Below, piece after piece: positions 24,345-33,385 of a stretch of 53,003 nt of DNA. The stretch lies in NCBI GenBank assembly GCA_045597045.1, contig JAZODN010000025.1, positions 1 through 53,003 of the forward strand, given 5' to 3'. The notes below the pieces were generated by a model. It ran no database searches and had not been told where the DNA came from. It saw only the letters and a program-made list of their open reading frames with translations. Within the stretch, counting starts at the first letter, position 1. Each line of letters begins with the position of its first letter. Origin of the DNA: Acutalibacteraceae bacterium. GTDB taxonomy: Bacteria; Bacillota; Clostridia; Oscillospirales; Acutalibacteraceae. A program made the translations under genes and the position numbers.

Positions 24345-24772
24345 TGAAGGGACGAGTAACAATGAAACGTTGGGCAGCCTTTTTGTTTGTAACGCTTCTT
24401 GTGATGACAAGCGGCATGACCGTGTGGGCGGAAACGACCACCGCCGAAACTTTGGGTGACGTCACCCAAACCGAAATTATTACCCAAACCACCGTCATCT
24501 ACGAAGAGGTCGAAGTGGAAGTGCTCGAAAAGGTGCATTCCGCTTTTCCGGATGGAACGGCATTGGCGCTGATCGTCATCGGCGGTGTGTTTGTGTTGCT
24601 TTCCGTTACTTTGCTGTGCGTATTTCTTTTTGCTTTCCCACGTTGGGGTTTGATGAAAGCACCGAAGGAAGAACCGGAAGCCGATGCCCCGGCGGCGGAA
24701 GTGAGCAGCGAAGACAATGCGGCAGAGGAGGCGGAACAGTCGACCTCGGTTTCGCTGCAAGATTTATTTTAA
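24344..24772 (+). CDS. small type-I membrane protein (signal peptide, short ectodomain, one TM, acidic tail)
   Basis: TGATG overlap with the acyltransferase stop, and AGGAGA RBS. Signal peptide ...TSGMTVWA/ETT, TM segment LALIVIGGVFVLLSVTLLCVFLFAF, tail rich in E/D/A. An alternative start is ATG 24362. Confidence 0.55.
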   Translation: MKGRVTMKRWAAFLFVTLLVMTSGMTVWAETTTAETLGDVTQTEIITQTTVIYEEVEVEVLEKVHSAFPDGTALALIVIGGVFVLLSVTLLCVFLFAFPRWGLMKAPKEEPEADAPAAEVSSEDNAAEEAEQSTSVSLQDLF

Positions 24773-24781
24773 CCATGTATT

Positions 24782-24814
24782 ACGGGAACTGCTTCGGGCG
24801 GTTCCCGTATTTTT
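24782..24814 (+). terminator. intrinsic terminator
   Basis: ACGGGAAC...GTTCCCGT stem followed by ATTTTT. Confidence 0.75.
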
Positions 24815-24831
24815 AAAAAGGAGGCGATGCT

Positions 24832-26133
24832 ATGACTTTTGAACAGGCAACGGCCTATTGCGAAGAATTACGTGCCGGCGGTATTCGTCCGGGGTTGGAT
24901 CGCCTTTTGGAGGCTTTGCATGCGGCCGGCGACCCTCAGCGTCGTCTGCGCGTGGTGCACGTGGCCGGTACGAACGGTAAAGGGTCGGTCACACGCATGA
25001 TCCAGTGTATATTATCTGCCGCCGGCTACCGCGTGGGAGCGTTTTCTTCGCCTGCCGTGACCGATATTTGCGACACTTTCACCATAGACGGGCAAGGAAT
25101 ATCACACGAACGGTTTGCGTCGCTGATTACTCAGTGGCGTGAACGGCAAGAGGCGTTGGCACCCGAACGGCAGTTGACCGAGTTCGAACTGTTAACGGCA
25201 GCGGCGTTTACTCTGTTTGCCGAAGAACGGGTGGACGTGTGTGTGCTGGAGTGTGGCATGGGCGGTGCGGCAGACGCCACCAACGTGTGTTTTCCGCCCG
25301 TGGCGGCGGTATTTACTCCCATCGCGTTGGATCATGGAGCTTTCTTGGGCGAAACGGTGGAGGAGATTGCCCGGCAAAAAAGCGGTATCATCAAAGCACC
25401 GTGTGCGGTGGTCAGTTCACCGGCACAGGCCGAGGACGCGCTGGCAGTATTGTACGAAGCGGCGGCCGCAGGTGGAGTCACGGTGTATATGCCGTGTCGC
25501 GGTGCGGCAGTGGCACTGCCGTCGGCTGTGGGCGAAACGCGTTTCTCGCTGGACGGCACGGAATATACGCTGCCGCTTGGCGGTGCGTTTCAAATCGACA
25601 ATGCACTCACTGCCATAGAAACCGTGCGTGTGTTGGCACAGCGCGGCTTTGTGGTAGAGAGCGAGGCGATTTGTCGCGGTTTGGCTGCTGCCGTTTTGCC
25701 CTGCCGCCAAGAAGTGGTGTGTTCCTCACCTTTGATCATATTGGATGGGGCGCATAATCCTCACGGAGTGGCAAATGTGGCGGCAGAATTGGCGCAGGTA
25801 ACTGCGCAGTGCGGTGTGAAGCCGACCTTGCTGTTCGGCATGCTGCGAGATAAAGATACCGCGACCTGTGCGGCGCTGCTGGCACCGCATGCGGCACGGG
25901 TGGTGTGCTGCACGCCGCCCTCGGAGCGTGCATTGGCGGCCGGAGAACTGGCGGCGCAGTTCGTCGCTGCCGGAGTACGTGACGTGTACGTTGCAGACAG
26001 CATGGAACAGGCATGGCAAAAGGCGCGCGAAGCGGCAGGGGAGACCCCCTTGTTTGTCGGTGGTTCGTTTTACACGGCGGCGGCGATTCGACCGCTTGCG
26101 TTGAATTTTGCCGCACAGTGCCCTAACAAATGA
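24832..26133 (+). CDS. folC: bifunctional folylpolyglutamate synthase/dihydrofolate synthase
   Basis: P-loop HVAGTNGKGSV with Mur-ligase-like architecture, 433 aa. Confidence 0.85.
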   Translation: MTFEQATAYCEELRAGGIRPGLDRLLEALHAAGDPQRRLRVVHVAGTNGKGSVTRMIQCILSAAGYRVGAFSSPAVTDICDTFTIDGQGISHERFASLITQWRERQEALAPERQLTEFELLTAAAFTLFAEERVDVCVLECGMGGAADATNVCFPPVAAVFTPIALDHGAFLGETVEEIARQKSGIIKAPCAVVSSPAQAEDALAVLYEAAAAGGVTVYMPCRGAAVALPSAVGETRFSLDGTEYTLPLGGAFQIDNALTAIETVRVLAQRGFVVESEAICRGLAAAVLPCRQEVVCSSPLIILDGAHNPHGVANVAAELAQVTAQCGVKPTLLFGMLRDKDTATCAALLAPHAARVVCCTPPSERALAAGELAAQFVAAGVRDVYVADSMEQAWQKAREAAGETPLFVGGSFYTAAAIRPLALNFAAQCPNK

Positions 26134-26142
26134 AAATTTGAC

Positions 26143-26163
26143 AGCGCGCTTCGTGCGCTTTTT
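26143..26163 (+). terminator. weak intrinsic terminator after folC
   Basis: AGCGCGC-TTC-GTGCGCT followed by TTTT. Confidence 0.5.
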
Positions 26164-26169
26164 CAGCGG

Positions 26170-26206
26170 AAAGTCCTTATCCTTTTGGATAGGGACTTTT
26201 AATTTT
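26170..26206 (+). terminator. second, stronger hairpin with U-rich tail directly upstream of the spoIIAA RBS
   Basis: AAAGTCCTTATCC-TTTT-GGATAGGGACTTT (13 bp, one G-U pair) followed by TAATTTT. Confidence 0.55.
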
Positions 26207-26221
26207 GGAAGGACGAGGAAT

Positions 26222-26563
26222 ATGGCAATACAGCTGGAAAGCAGGGAACGGGAACTGATCGCACGGCTGTCGGGTGAAATTGATCACCACACGGCAGGCG
26301 AACTGCGTCGACAGATGGATGCGGCAATCGAACGTGGCAACCCCCGTTGCTTACGCATGGATTTTCAAGACGTTACGTTTATGGACAGTTCGGGGGTTGG
26401 TCTGATCATGGGGCGCTATCGCCTGATGTGTCTGATCGGTGGCCGCTTACAGATCTGCGGGGCCGGTGACCGCGTGCGGCAGATGATGCGCATGGCCGGA
26501 TTGGATACACTGGATATTTGGGGAAAGGAGGAGAGACAGCATGCGAGTAAAAGCAGAAAATGA
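26222..26563 (+). CDS. spoIIAA: anti-sigma F factor antagonist (STAS domain)
   Basis: MAIQLESRERELIARLSGEIDHHTAGELR... and the phospho-Ser motif FMDSSGVG. First gene of an AA-AB-sigF triad with overlapping ends. Confidence 0.85.
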   Translation: MAIQLESRERELIARLSGEIDHHTAGELRRQMDAAIERGNPRCLRMDFQDVTFMDSSGVGLIMGRYRLMCLIGGRLQICGAGDRVRQMMRMAGLDTLDIWGKEERQHASKSRK

Positions 26564-26984
26564 GATCAAACTGATTTTGCCGTGTTATTCGGCCAACGAA
26601 AGCCTGGCGCGCGCGGTTGTGGCGGCTTTTGTTTCTCAAATGGATCCGCGTGTGGACGAGTTGGTGGATATCCGCACGGCCGTTTCGGAGGCGGTGACTA
26701 ACTGTATCGTACATGCGTATGCAAAAACGGTTGGCGAGATCCTTCTCACGGCACGGATGTATGCCAACGGTCGCGTGGTGATTCGCATCCAAGACCGCGG
26801 TTGCGGAATCTCCGATGTGGACAAGGCGCGTCAACCGCTGTTTACTACCGGCGGTGAAGAACGCTCCGGCTTGGGGTTTTCGGTTATGGAGAGCTTGTGT
26901 GATAAAGTGACAGTGCGTTCCAAAGAGGGGAAAGGCACCGTAGTCACACTGGAAAAACATATTCATAAAGGGGAGACACCGTGA
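26541..26984 (+). CDS. spoIIAB: anti-sigma F factor (serine protein kinase)
   Basis: GHKL ATPase boxes: EAVTNCIVHAY (N box), DRGCGI (G1) and GGEERSGLGF (G2). Confidence 0.9.
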   Translation: MRVKAENEIKLILPCYSANESLARAVVAAFVSQMDPRVDELVDIRTAVSEAVTNCIVHAYAKTVGEILLTARMYANGRVVIRIQDRGCGISDVDKARQPLFTTGGEERSGLGFSVMESLCDKVTVRSKEGKGTVVTLEKHIHKGETP

Positions 26985-27643
26985 CCGAACGGGAACGCAC
27001 TGTTTGCGAAAATATGGGTCTCGTACACGCGTGTGCGCGACGTTTTATCGGGCGCGGTGTGGAATACGAGGATTTGGTGCAGGCAGGTTGCGTGGGTTTG
27101 GTCAAGGCGGTCGACGGATTTGAAGCGGAGCGTGGGTTGCGGCTGTCCACGTATGCGGTGCCGGTCGTTTTGGGCGAAATACGGCGCCTGTTCCGTGACG
27201 GTGGTGCCGTGAAGGTGGGGCGCACGTTAAAAGAACTTTCGATGCGCACGGTGCGTGAACGAGACCGTTTTGTGGCAGAGCATGGGCGTGAGCCGCAGGT
27301 GAATGAGTTGGCACAGCGTCTGGGTGTGGAAAGCGCACAGGTGGCACAGGCGCTGGGAGCTTCCTTGCCGCCGTTGTCGCTGACACGGTGGGGGGAAGAC
27401 GGTGACGAAGGGGATCAAGTCGATCTGCCGGTGCCGCCGCCGGAAGAGCAGATCACCGACCGTTTAGCGCTGCGGCAGGTGCTTGCCGAATTGAACGAGC
27501 GAGACCGCCGTTTGATCGAATGGCGTTATCTTCGTCGCCGCACTCAACAAGTCACAGCCGAAGCGCTCGGTATGACACAAGTGCAGGTGTCTCGCCGTGA
27601 ACGCGCGATTTTGAAAGAATTGCGACAAAAACTGACGGGATAA
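26981..27643 (+). CDS. sigF: sporulation sigma factor F
   Basis: GTG start overlaps the spoIIAB stop. Regions 2-4 present (YEDLVQAGCVGLVKAVDGFE..., TQQVTAEALGMTQVQVSRRERAILKELR). Confidence 0.85.
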   Translation: MTERERTVCENMGLVHACARRFIGRGVEYEDLVQAGCVGLVKAVDGFEAERGLRLSTYAVPVVLGEIRRLFRDGGAVKVGRTLKELSMRTVRERDRFVAEHGREPQVNELAQRLGVESAQVAQALGASLPPLSLTRWGEDGDEGDQVDLPVPPPEEQITDRLALRQVLAELNERDRRLIEWRYLRRRTQQVTAEALGMTQVQVSRRERAILKELRQKLTG

Positions 27644-27681
27644 ATCTTTCCGAAAAATCCGTAATATTTTTCAAAAAACTC

Positions 27682-27710
27682 TTGACAATTCGTTTTCTGT
27701 TCGCTATAAT
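27682..27710 (+). promoter_or_regulatory. consensus sigma-A promoter for tRNA-Leu
   Basis: TTGACA (27682-27687), exactly 17 nt, TATAAT (27705-27710). Confidence 0.75.
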
Positions 27711-27743
27711 ATCACTTGTCGCTGAAACAGCGGCGATAAATAT

Positions 27744-27830
27744 GCGGATATGGCGGAATTGGCAGACGCGTTAGATTCAGGTTCTAATCGGGGCAACTCG
27801 GTGGAGGTTCAAGTCCTCTTATCCGCACCA
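27744..27830 (+). tRNA. tRNA-Leu (anticodon CAG), class II with long variable arm, CCA encoded
   Basis: Acceptor stem GCGGATA/TATCCGC. Anticodon stem TTAGA/TCTAA with loop TTCAGGT. Variable arm CGGGGCAACTCGG. T-arm GGAGG-TTCAAGT-CCTCT. Ends in ACCA. Confidence 0.9.
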
Positions 27831-27835
27831 AAAAA

Positions 27836-27865
27836 AGAGATGGGCATTCGCCCGTCTCTTTTTTT
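27836..27865 (+). terminator. intrinsic terminator after tRNA-Leu
   Basis: AGAGATGGGC-ATTC-GCCCGTCTCT followed by TTTTTT. Confidence 0.85.
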
Positions 27866-27937
27866 GTCCATCACCGTGGCCGCGCAAAACCGTATGCGGA
27901 AACTTTTGCTTTGCCGCACGTATCGTCGAAATAGGGG

Positions 27938-27966
27938 TTTACAAATCTAAAAAAATCTATTATAAT
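27938..27966 (+). promoter_or_regulatory. sigma-A-type promoter for aconitase
   Basis: TTTACA (27938-27943), 17 nt, TATAAT (27961-27966). Confidence 0.55.
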
Positions 27967-28011
27967 ATTTTGTTGTAAAAAACTTTTTATTTAAAATTGG
28001 GAGTGGGTTTC

Positions 28012-29946
28012 ATGGGTTACACCATTGCGCAAAAATTGATTGCTTCTCACTTGGTGAGTGGCGAAATGAAAACCGGCGCCGAAATCGGCCTGCGGATCGA
28101 CCAAACCTTGACACAGGATGCCACGGGTACGATGGCATACTTGGAGTTTGAGGCGATGGGCGTGCCGCGCGTCAAGACCGAACTTTCGGTAGCGTATATT
28201 GACCACAACACCCTGCAAACGGGTTTTGAAAATGCAGACGATCACCGCTATATTCAGTCGGTCTGCAAAAAGCACGGTTTGTATTTTTCACGCCCCGGCA
28301 ACGGCATTTGCCATCAGGTGCATCTGGAACGCTTCGGCATTCCCGGCAAAACCCTGATCGGCTCGGATAGCCACACCCCCACGGGCGGCGGTATCGGTAT
28401 GCTGGCGTTCGGCGCCGGCGGTTTGGATGTTGCGGTGGCAATGGGTGGCGGTACCTATTACATCACCTATCCCAAAATGGTGCGTGTGAACCTCACGGGA
28501 GCCCTGAAACCGTGGGTGGCTGCCAAGGATATTATTTTGGAAGTGCTGCGTCGCTTGTCGGTTAAGGGCGGTGTCGGCAAAATCATTGAATACGGCGGCG
28601 AGGGCGTGGCTACGCTTTCGGTGCCGGAACGTGCCACCATCACCAACATGGGTGCCGAACTCGGCGCCTCCACCTCGGTGTTTCCTTCGGATGACATCAC
28701 CCGTGCGTTTATGAAGGCGCAGGGCCGTGAAGCGGATTGGGTGGAACTTTCGGCAGATGCAGATGCCGTATACGATGAGATCGTGGAGATCGATCTTTCG
28801 ACGCTCGAACCGATGGCGGCGTGTCCTCACTCGCCCGACGCGGTGAAGAAGGTGTCTGAGATCGGCGAGATCAAAGTGGATCAGTGCTGCATCGGTTCTT
28901 GCACCAACTCGTCCCTTGCAGATATGATGAAGGTGGCAGCTGTTCTAAAGGGGCGCACGGTGCATCCCGACGTCAGCTTGTCTATCGCACCCGGTTCCAA
29001 GCAGGTTTACAACATGCTGGCGGCCAGCGGTGCGCTGGCGGATATCATTGCCGCCGGTGCGCGTGTGCTGGAGTGTGCGTGCGGCCCTTGCATCGGCATG
29101 GGACAGTCGCCCAACTCCGGCGGCGTTTCACTGCGCACCTTCAACCGTAATTTTGAAGGTCGTTCCGGCACGGCCGACGGGCAAGTGTATCTTGTCAGCC
29201 CCGAAACAGCGGCGGTTTCTGCCATTACCGGTGTGTTTACCGATCCGCGTAAAATGGGGGAGGCGCCCGTTATCGACATGCCCGAAAATTTCCTGATTAA
29301 CGATAACATGATTTTGCCGCCCGTTCCCGTGGAGGAGATGGATCAGGTGGAGATTTTGCGCGGTCCGAACATTAAGCCGTTCCCGGCCACCGCACCGCTG
29401 AAAGAGACCATCGAAGCGGATGTGATGCTCAAGGTGGGCGACAACATCACCACCGACCATATTATGCCTGCCGGTGCTAAAATTTTGCCGTTGCGTTCGA
29501 ACATTCCGGCTATTTCGGAGCATTGCTTTGTGCGGTGCGACCCTGCATTCCCCGGCCGTTGCAAAGCTGCAGGCAGCGGTATTGTGGTGGGCGGTGCAAA
29601 CTACGGCCAAGGCAGTTCACGTGAGCACGCGGCACTGGCACCGCTGTATCTCGGTATCAAAGCCGTTATCGTGAAGTCGTTTGCCCGTATTCACGTGGCC
29701 AACCTCATTAACGCCGGTATTTTGCCCCTGACCTTTAAAAACGAAGCGGATTATGACCGTATTTCACTGGGGGATAAGCTGGTGCTGCCGCGTGTGCGCG
29801 AGCGAATTCAAAACGGTGAGCCGGTCGTGCTCGAAAACGTTTCCACGGGCGAAACGCTGGAGTTGAATGCCGAATTTTCCGAACGTCAAGTGGCGATGCT
29901 GTTGGCCGGCGGTCTGCTCGACTATACTCGCGAAATGAACAAATAA
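28012..29946 (+). CDS. aconitate hydratase (about 640-aa type)
   Basis: Fe-S ligand motifs IGSCTNS and CGPCIGMG, plus GSDSHT and the swivel-domain GANYGQGSSREHAA. ATG 28012 with a GGGAGTGG RBS. Confidence 0.85.
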   Translation: MGYTIAQKLIASHLVSGEMKTGAEIGLRIDQTLTQDATGTMAYLEFEAMGVPRVKTELSVAYIDHNTLQTGFENADDHRYIQSVCKKHGLYFSRPGNGICHQVHLERFGIPGKTLIGSDSHTPTGGGIGMLAFGAGGLDVAVAMGGGTYYITYPKMVRVNLTGALKPWVAAKDIILEVLRRLSVKGGVGKIIEYGGEGVATLSVPERATITNMGAELGASTSVFPSDDITRAFMKAQGREADWVELSADADAVYDEIVEIDLSTLEPMAACPHSPDAVKKVSEIGEIKVDQCCIGSCTNSSLADMMKVAAVLKGRTVHPDVSLSIAPGSKQVYNMLAASGALADIIAAGARVLECACGPCIGMGQSPNSGGVSLRTFNRNFEGRSGTADGQVYLVSPETAAVSAITGVFTDPRKMGEAPVIDMPENFLINDNMILPPVPVEEMDQVEILRGPNIKPFPATAPLKETIEADVMLKVGDNITTDHIMPAGAKILPLRSNIPAISEHCFVRCDPAFPGRCKAAGSGIVVGGANYGQGSSREHAALAPLYLGIKAVIVKSFARIHVANLINAGILPLTFKNEADYDRISLGDKLVLPRVRERIQNGEPVVLENVSTGETLELNAEFSERQVAMLLAGGLLDYTREMNK

Positions 29947-29956
29947 TAGCGCCAAT

Positions 29957-29985
29957 ACAGCCCTCGGTAACGGGGGCTGTTTTTT
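29957..29985 (+). terminator. intrinsic terminator
   Basis: ACAGCCCTCG-GTAA-CGGGGGCTGT followed by TTTTT. Confidence 0.85.
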
Positions 29986-30013
29986 GAAACAGAACAAAAA
30001 AAGGGGGGGTACC

Positions 30014-33000
30014 GTGACTGCGGAAAAATACGGTCTTTACACGGTGAAACGCAGTGGTTTGCGTTCGGCACTGCTTGGCTTTTTGCTCGTGTGTTTAACG
30101 GCAGTGCTCTCGCTCGGTGTATGTATTTACGGCGCGGTATCGTCTTACCTTGCGGCGTGTGACGACTATTATACCACCGTTGCCACCCTAGAATATATGG
30201 GGGAACAATACCCGGATGACCGCGTGTTTGATGCGGCGCTTCTTGAAAAGGTAACGAATGGGGAGACCCCCGTTGCGGCACTGTCGTCTTTGGATGGAGT
30301 GCTCTCCTATGAGCCGTCCAAAAGCGTGTTCGGCACGGTGGACGGTATGGTGCGTCGTGACAGCGACGTTTACGCGCCGAATGATGCGGTGCTGGTTATT
30401 CGTGATATGGTGTGGGATAGTCATATGCGCGCCTACATGGGTAAAATACGGCAATGTGTGTATTCCCGCGTGGACAGATCCAACTGCGTCGTGTTTTTGA
30501 CCGGTGAGTGGAGTGAAGGCGACGAAGACCCCGGCCTTTTCCTTCCGCACACAGCCTACCTTGTGAAAGGCGTGTATACGCAAGGGGGCAGCAGTTATCT
30601 GCATTTTGAACCGCAGGCATACAGCACCGATATGGAAGATCCGGCTTTGCATGCAGCAGCCCGCGAACTTTCCAAAATGAACAACGGCGTGCGCGTGCAG
30701 ATGAGCCGTGATCTTACGGCGCACTTACCGTTTCAACGCGGTGAGCTGCAGTTGTCGGCCGGCACGCTGTTTAAAGAAACGGCAACGGTCAACCGCGAAA
30801 AGGTGTGTGTGCTTTCAAATCGGATGGCCGATTTGTTCGGCGTGTCGGTGGGAGATACCTTGTCGTTGTCGCTGCACGTAACCGACGGCGGTGTTTACGA
30901 GGGCGACTCTCTTGCCGTGACCGCTGCTGTGCCGTATACGGTGGTCGGTTTATACGGTGAGACCGAACGGTATACCGATTACGTATTTATTCCTGAAGAT
31001 GACACCGTGCCGCTTTTGGCGTGCCCCACGGGTTATACACTCGGTCAGTTCCGCTTGGACAACCGGCAAAGCGAATCGTTTTATCATGCCGCCGCGGCAC
31101 TGCTGCCCAAAGACTTCCGTTTGACGGTGTACGATCAAGGGTATACCGTTACTGCCACGCCGTATCGGGAGTTGCTCACCATGGCCAAACTGTTTTTAAC
31201 GGTTAGTCTGCTTGTAGGCGCGGCGGTGCTTGTGTTGTTTGCCTATCTCTTTGTGGTGCGCCGCAAGTATGAGGCAGATATTCTGTTGGCACTCGGTGGC
31301 GGCAAACGGCATCTGTGCCGATTCTTTGGTGTGGGGGCGGTGGCCATCACGCTGCCGGCACTGTTGTGCGGCGTGGGAGCAGCTGCCATTGCCGAACAAC
31401 GGGTAATGCGTCTGCTGCAAGAGTTTGCGGTGAAATATCAAACACAGGATCTGCGTTTTTCTGTCTCGGTCATGGGTGCGACGCGCACGTTGGAGTTTGC
31501 ACCGCAGTCGCTGTGGTGGCGCTATGTCTTGGTGGCTGTGTGCCTTTTGCTCGCAGTGGCAGCGGTTACGGTTGGGTTTACGCTCGGTGTTGCCGCACGG
31601 CGAAAATCGGTGAAAAAGCGCCGCACGCCGCATCTGCCCAAGCGTGCCGCCCACAGCGTATACGGCGGCGGTTGGCTGAAATACGCATGGCTGTCTATTC
31701 GTCGTGGGCATTTGCGCACCGTGTCCACGGTGGCGGTGGCGGTGGTGGTTGCCCTCTTTTTGGGGCAGCTTTCTGCGACTTCTCACGGGTACCGCATGCA
31801 GCTTTCGGCTATTCGGGAAAATACCGTTATTCACGGTTATTGTTCCAATGCAGATGGATTGAGTATGAACGGACTTGCCGTGGCGGCAGACAGTATACAG
31901 CGGTTGCACGAAAGTGATCTGCTGGCATCGTTAGACGTCGGCCGCGAGATCGGACAGTATCGTTTTTTGGGCGTGGCATCGGATGAAAACGGCAAACCTT
32001 GTGAGGTGCCGACGGTGGAGATACCGCAAAGTTCTTTTGCGTATGAAACGCTGCTTGATCAAATGGGCCGTGAAGAGCCCTGGATCTCTACTACTTCGCT
32101 GCAAAACAGCACTGAGTTTTACCATGCGGCCGAGGTGGACGTGCAGTGGCTTGATGGGTTTGATGAACGGTGCTTACACGGCGATGAGGCGGCGCTTTGC
32201 GTGCTGCCGCGTGCTTTGGCCGAGCGTGAACGGATTGCGCTCGGCAGTGTGGCACGTTTCTTTGTGCGCGTGGGGTATGATTTGCAGGTTGTGGACTTGT
32301 TCGTGGTGGGCACCTACGTGCCGCAAAACGGAAAGGAAACGCTGTATACACCGTTGAATTTTGTGTTTCCGGCAGGGGAGACGTTGTTTGACGTGAACCT
32401 TCCCTCGGTGGAGATCCCCACGGAACAAACGCTGTACTTTGTGGAATACACCCCGGTCGGGATGACGACGCATGCAGTCCCGTCTGTTACGGCAGAGAAT
32501 GCGGATGCCCTGTCATTTTACAAAACGGTGGTTTTGGGCGGTGGAGTTCACTGCCAAATGTTGAACGAGACCGATACGGTGGAGATGATGCTTCAAACCA
32601 ATGCGAATGTCTGCATGATTTCGCAGGAGTTGAAGATTCTGTTAAATCGCAATCCCGAACAGTTGCTGAGAACCGAAAAAGGCATTTTCCTGCGGCTCAG
32701 CAACGAAAACGGTGTGTTGGACTATTACCGCGTGATCGGTATTTTTGATCGCACGGTGGACGGCATGGCCGACGTGTACTGCTCGCCTGCCAACGGGTTT
32801 ATGACGTATGCGTGGTCGGGGAATTACGAGGATGCGGCGCTCGACCGTGTGACTCTCAACAGCGCGATGTTTACACTGAAAGATACGGCGCAGTTGGATG
32901 CGTTGCGTGATGTGATGGAGACGGCAGGTTTTTCGCCGGTCAACCTTTTTGCCGGTACGCGTCGGTTTGCGGTGTTGGACGATAAAGCTTACGTCAGCAC

Positions 33001-33373
33001 GGCAGGTGCACTGGAACGTCAGCTGCGGTATGTCACGGCGCTGCACTCGCTTCTCTATGTGTTGGTGGCCTTGATTGCATTTGCGGCCGCCTCTTTGCTG
33101 CAAAATGCACGCAAAGGAGAGGTGGCGATCTTGCGCGGGCTCGGCACGGCGCCTCCTCGCGTGTTTGGTGTGTGTTTTGTCGAGCAGATGTTGTTATCAC
33201 TGTTTGGTGTGTTGCTCGGTATTGGTGGATGGTATATGTATCAACGCACGGTACAGCCGCTGTGCCTTGTGACGGCGGCGGTGTTTTTCGTGTGTTGGCT
33301 TGTCGGCACGGCGGTGACGGTGTGGCGTTTGTTGCACACACAGGCGCTTGTCGCGTTATCTGAAAAGGAGTAA
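30014..33373 (+). CDS. fused tandem FtsX/MacB-type ABC permease with two large extracytoplasmic domains (about 1119 aa)
   Basis: Topology read from hydrophobic segments: TM1, ~350-aa loop, 3 TM, then TM5, ~400-aa loop, 3 TM. Both 3-TM blocks look FtsX-like (...ILLALGGGKRHL..., ...VAILRGLGTAPPRVF...). GTG 30014 follows AAGGGGGG; the listed TTG 29984 lies inside the upstream terminator. Confidence 0.65.
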   Translation: MTAEKYGLYTVKRSGLRSALLGFLLVCLTAVLSLGVCIYGAVSSYLAACDDYYTTVATLEYMGEQYPDDRVFDAALLEKVTNGETPVAALSSLDGVLSYEPSKSVFGTVDGMVRRDSDVYAPNDAVLVIRDMVWDSHMRAYMGKIRQCVYSRVDRSNCVVFLTGEWSEGDEDPGLFLPHTAYLVKGVYTQGGSSYLHFEPQAYSTDMEDPALHAAARELSKMNNGVRVQMSRDLTAHLPFQRGELQLSAGTLFKETATVNREKVCVLSNRMADLFGVSVGDTLSLSLHVTDGGVYEGDSLAVTAAVPYTVVGLYGETERYTDYVFIPEDDTVPLLACPTGYTLGQFRLDNRQSESFYHAAAALLPKDFRLTVYDQGYTVTATPYRELLTMAKLFLTVSLLVGAAVLVLFAYLFVVRRKYEADILLALGGGKRHLCRFFGVGAVAITLPALLCGVGAAAIAEQRVMRLLQEFAVKYQTQDLRFSVSVMGATRTLEFAPQSLWWRYVLVAVCLLLAVAAVTVGFTLGVAARRKSVKKRRTPHLPKRAAHSVYGGGWLKYAWLSIRRGHLRTVSTVAVAVVVALFLGQLSATSHGYRMQLSAIRENTVIHGYCSNADGLSMNGLAVAADSIQRLHESDLLASLDVGREIGQYRFLGVASDENGKPCEVPTVEIPQSSFAYETLLDQMGREEPWISTTSLQNSTEFYHAAEVDVQWLDGFDERCLHGDEAALCVLPRALAERERIALGSVARFFVRVGYDLQVVDLFVVGTYVPQNGKETLYTPLNFVFPAGETLFDVNLPSVEIPTEQTLYFVEYTPVGMTTHAVPSVTAENADALSFYKTVVLGGGVHCQMLNETDTVEMMLQTNANVCMISQELKILLNRNPEQLLRTEKGIFLRLSNENGVLDYYRVIGIFDRTVDGMADVYCSPANGFMTYAWSGNYEDAALDRVTLNSAMFTLKDTAQLDALRDVMETAGFSPVNLFAGTRRFAVLDDKAYVSTAGALERQLRYVTALHSLLYVLVALIAFAAASLLQNARKGEVAILRGLGTAPPRVFGVCFVEQMLLSLFGVLLGIGGWYMYQRTVQPLCLVTAAVFFVCWLVGTAVTVWRLLHTQALVALSEKE

Positions 33374-33385
33374 AGGAGGGGTAAT

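Noticed and set aside
27744-27830. tRNA-Leu as an integration hotspot for a genomic island
   Set aside because: It is flanked by sigF and aconitase, each with its own promoter and terminator. I saw no integrase and no direct repeat of the tRNA 3' end.
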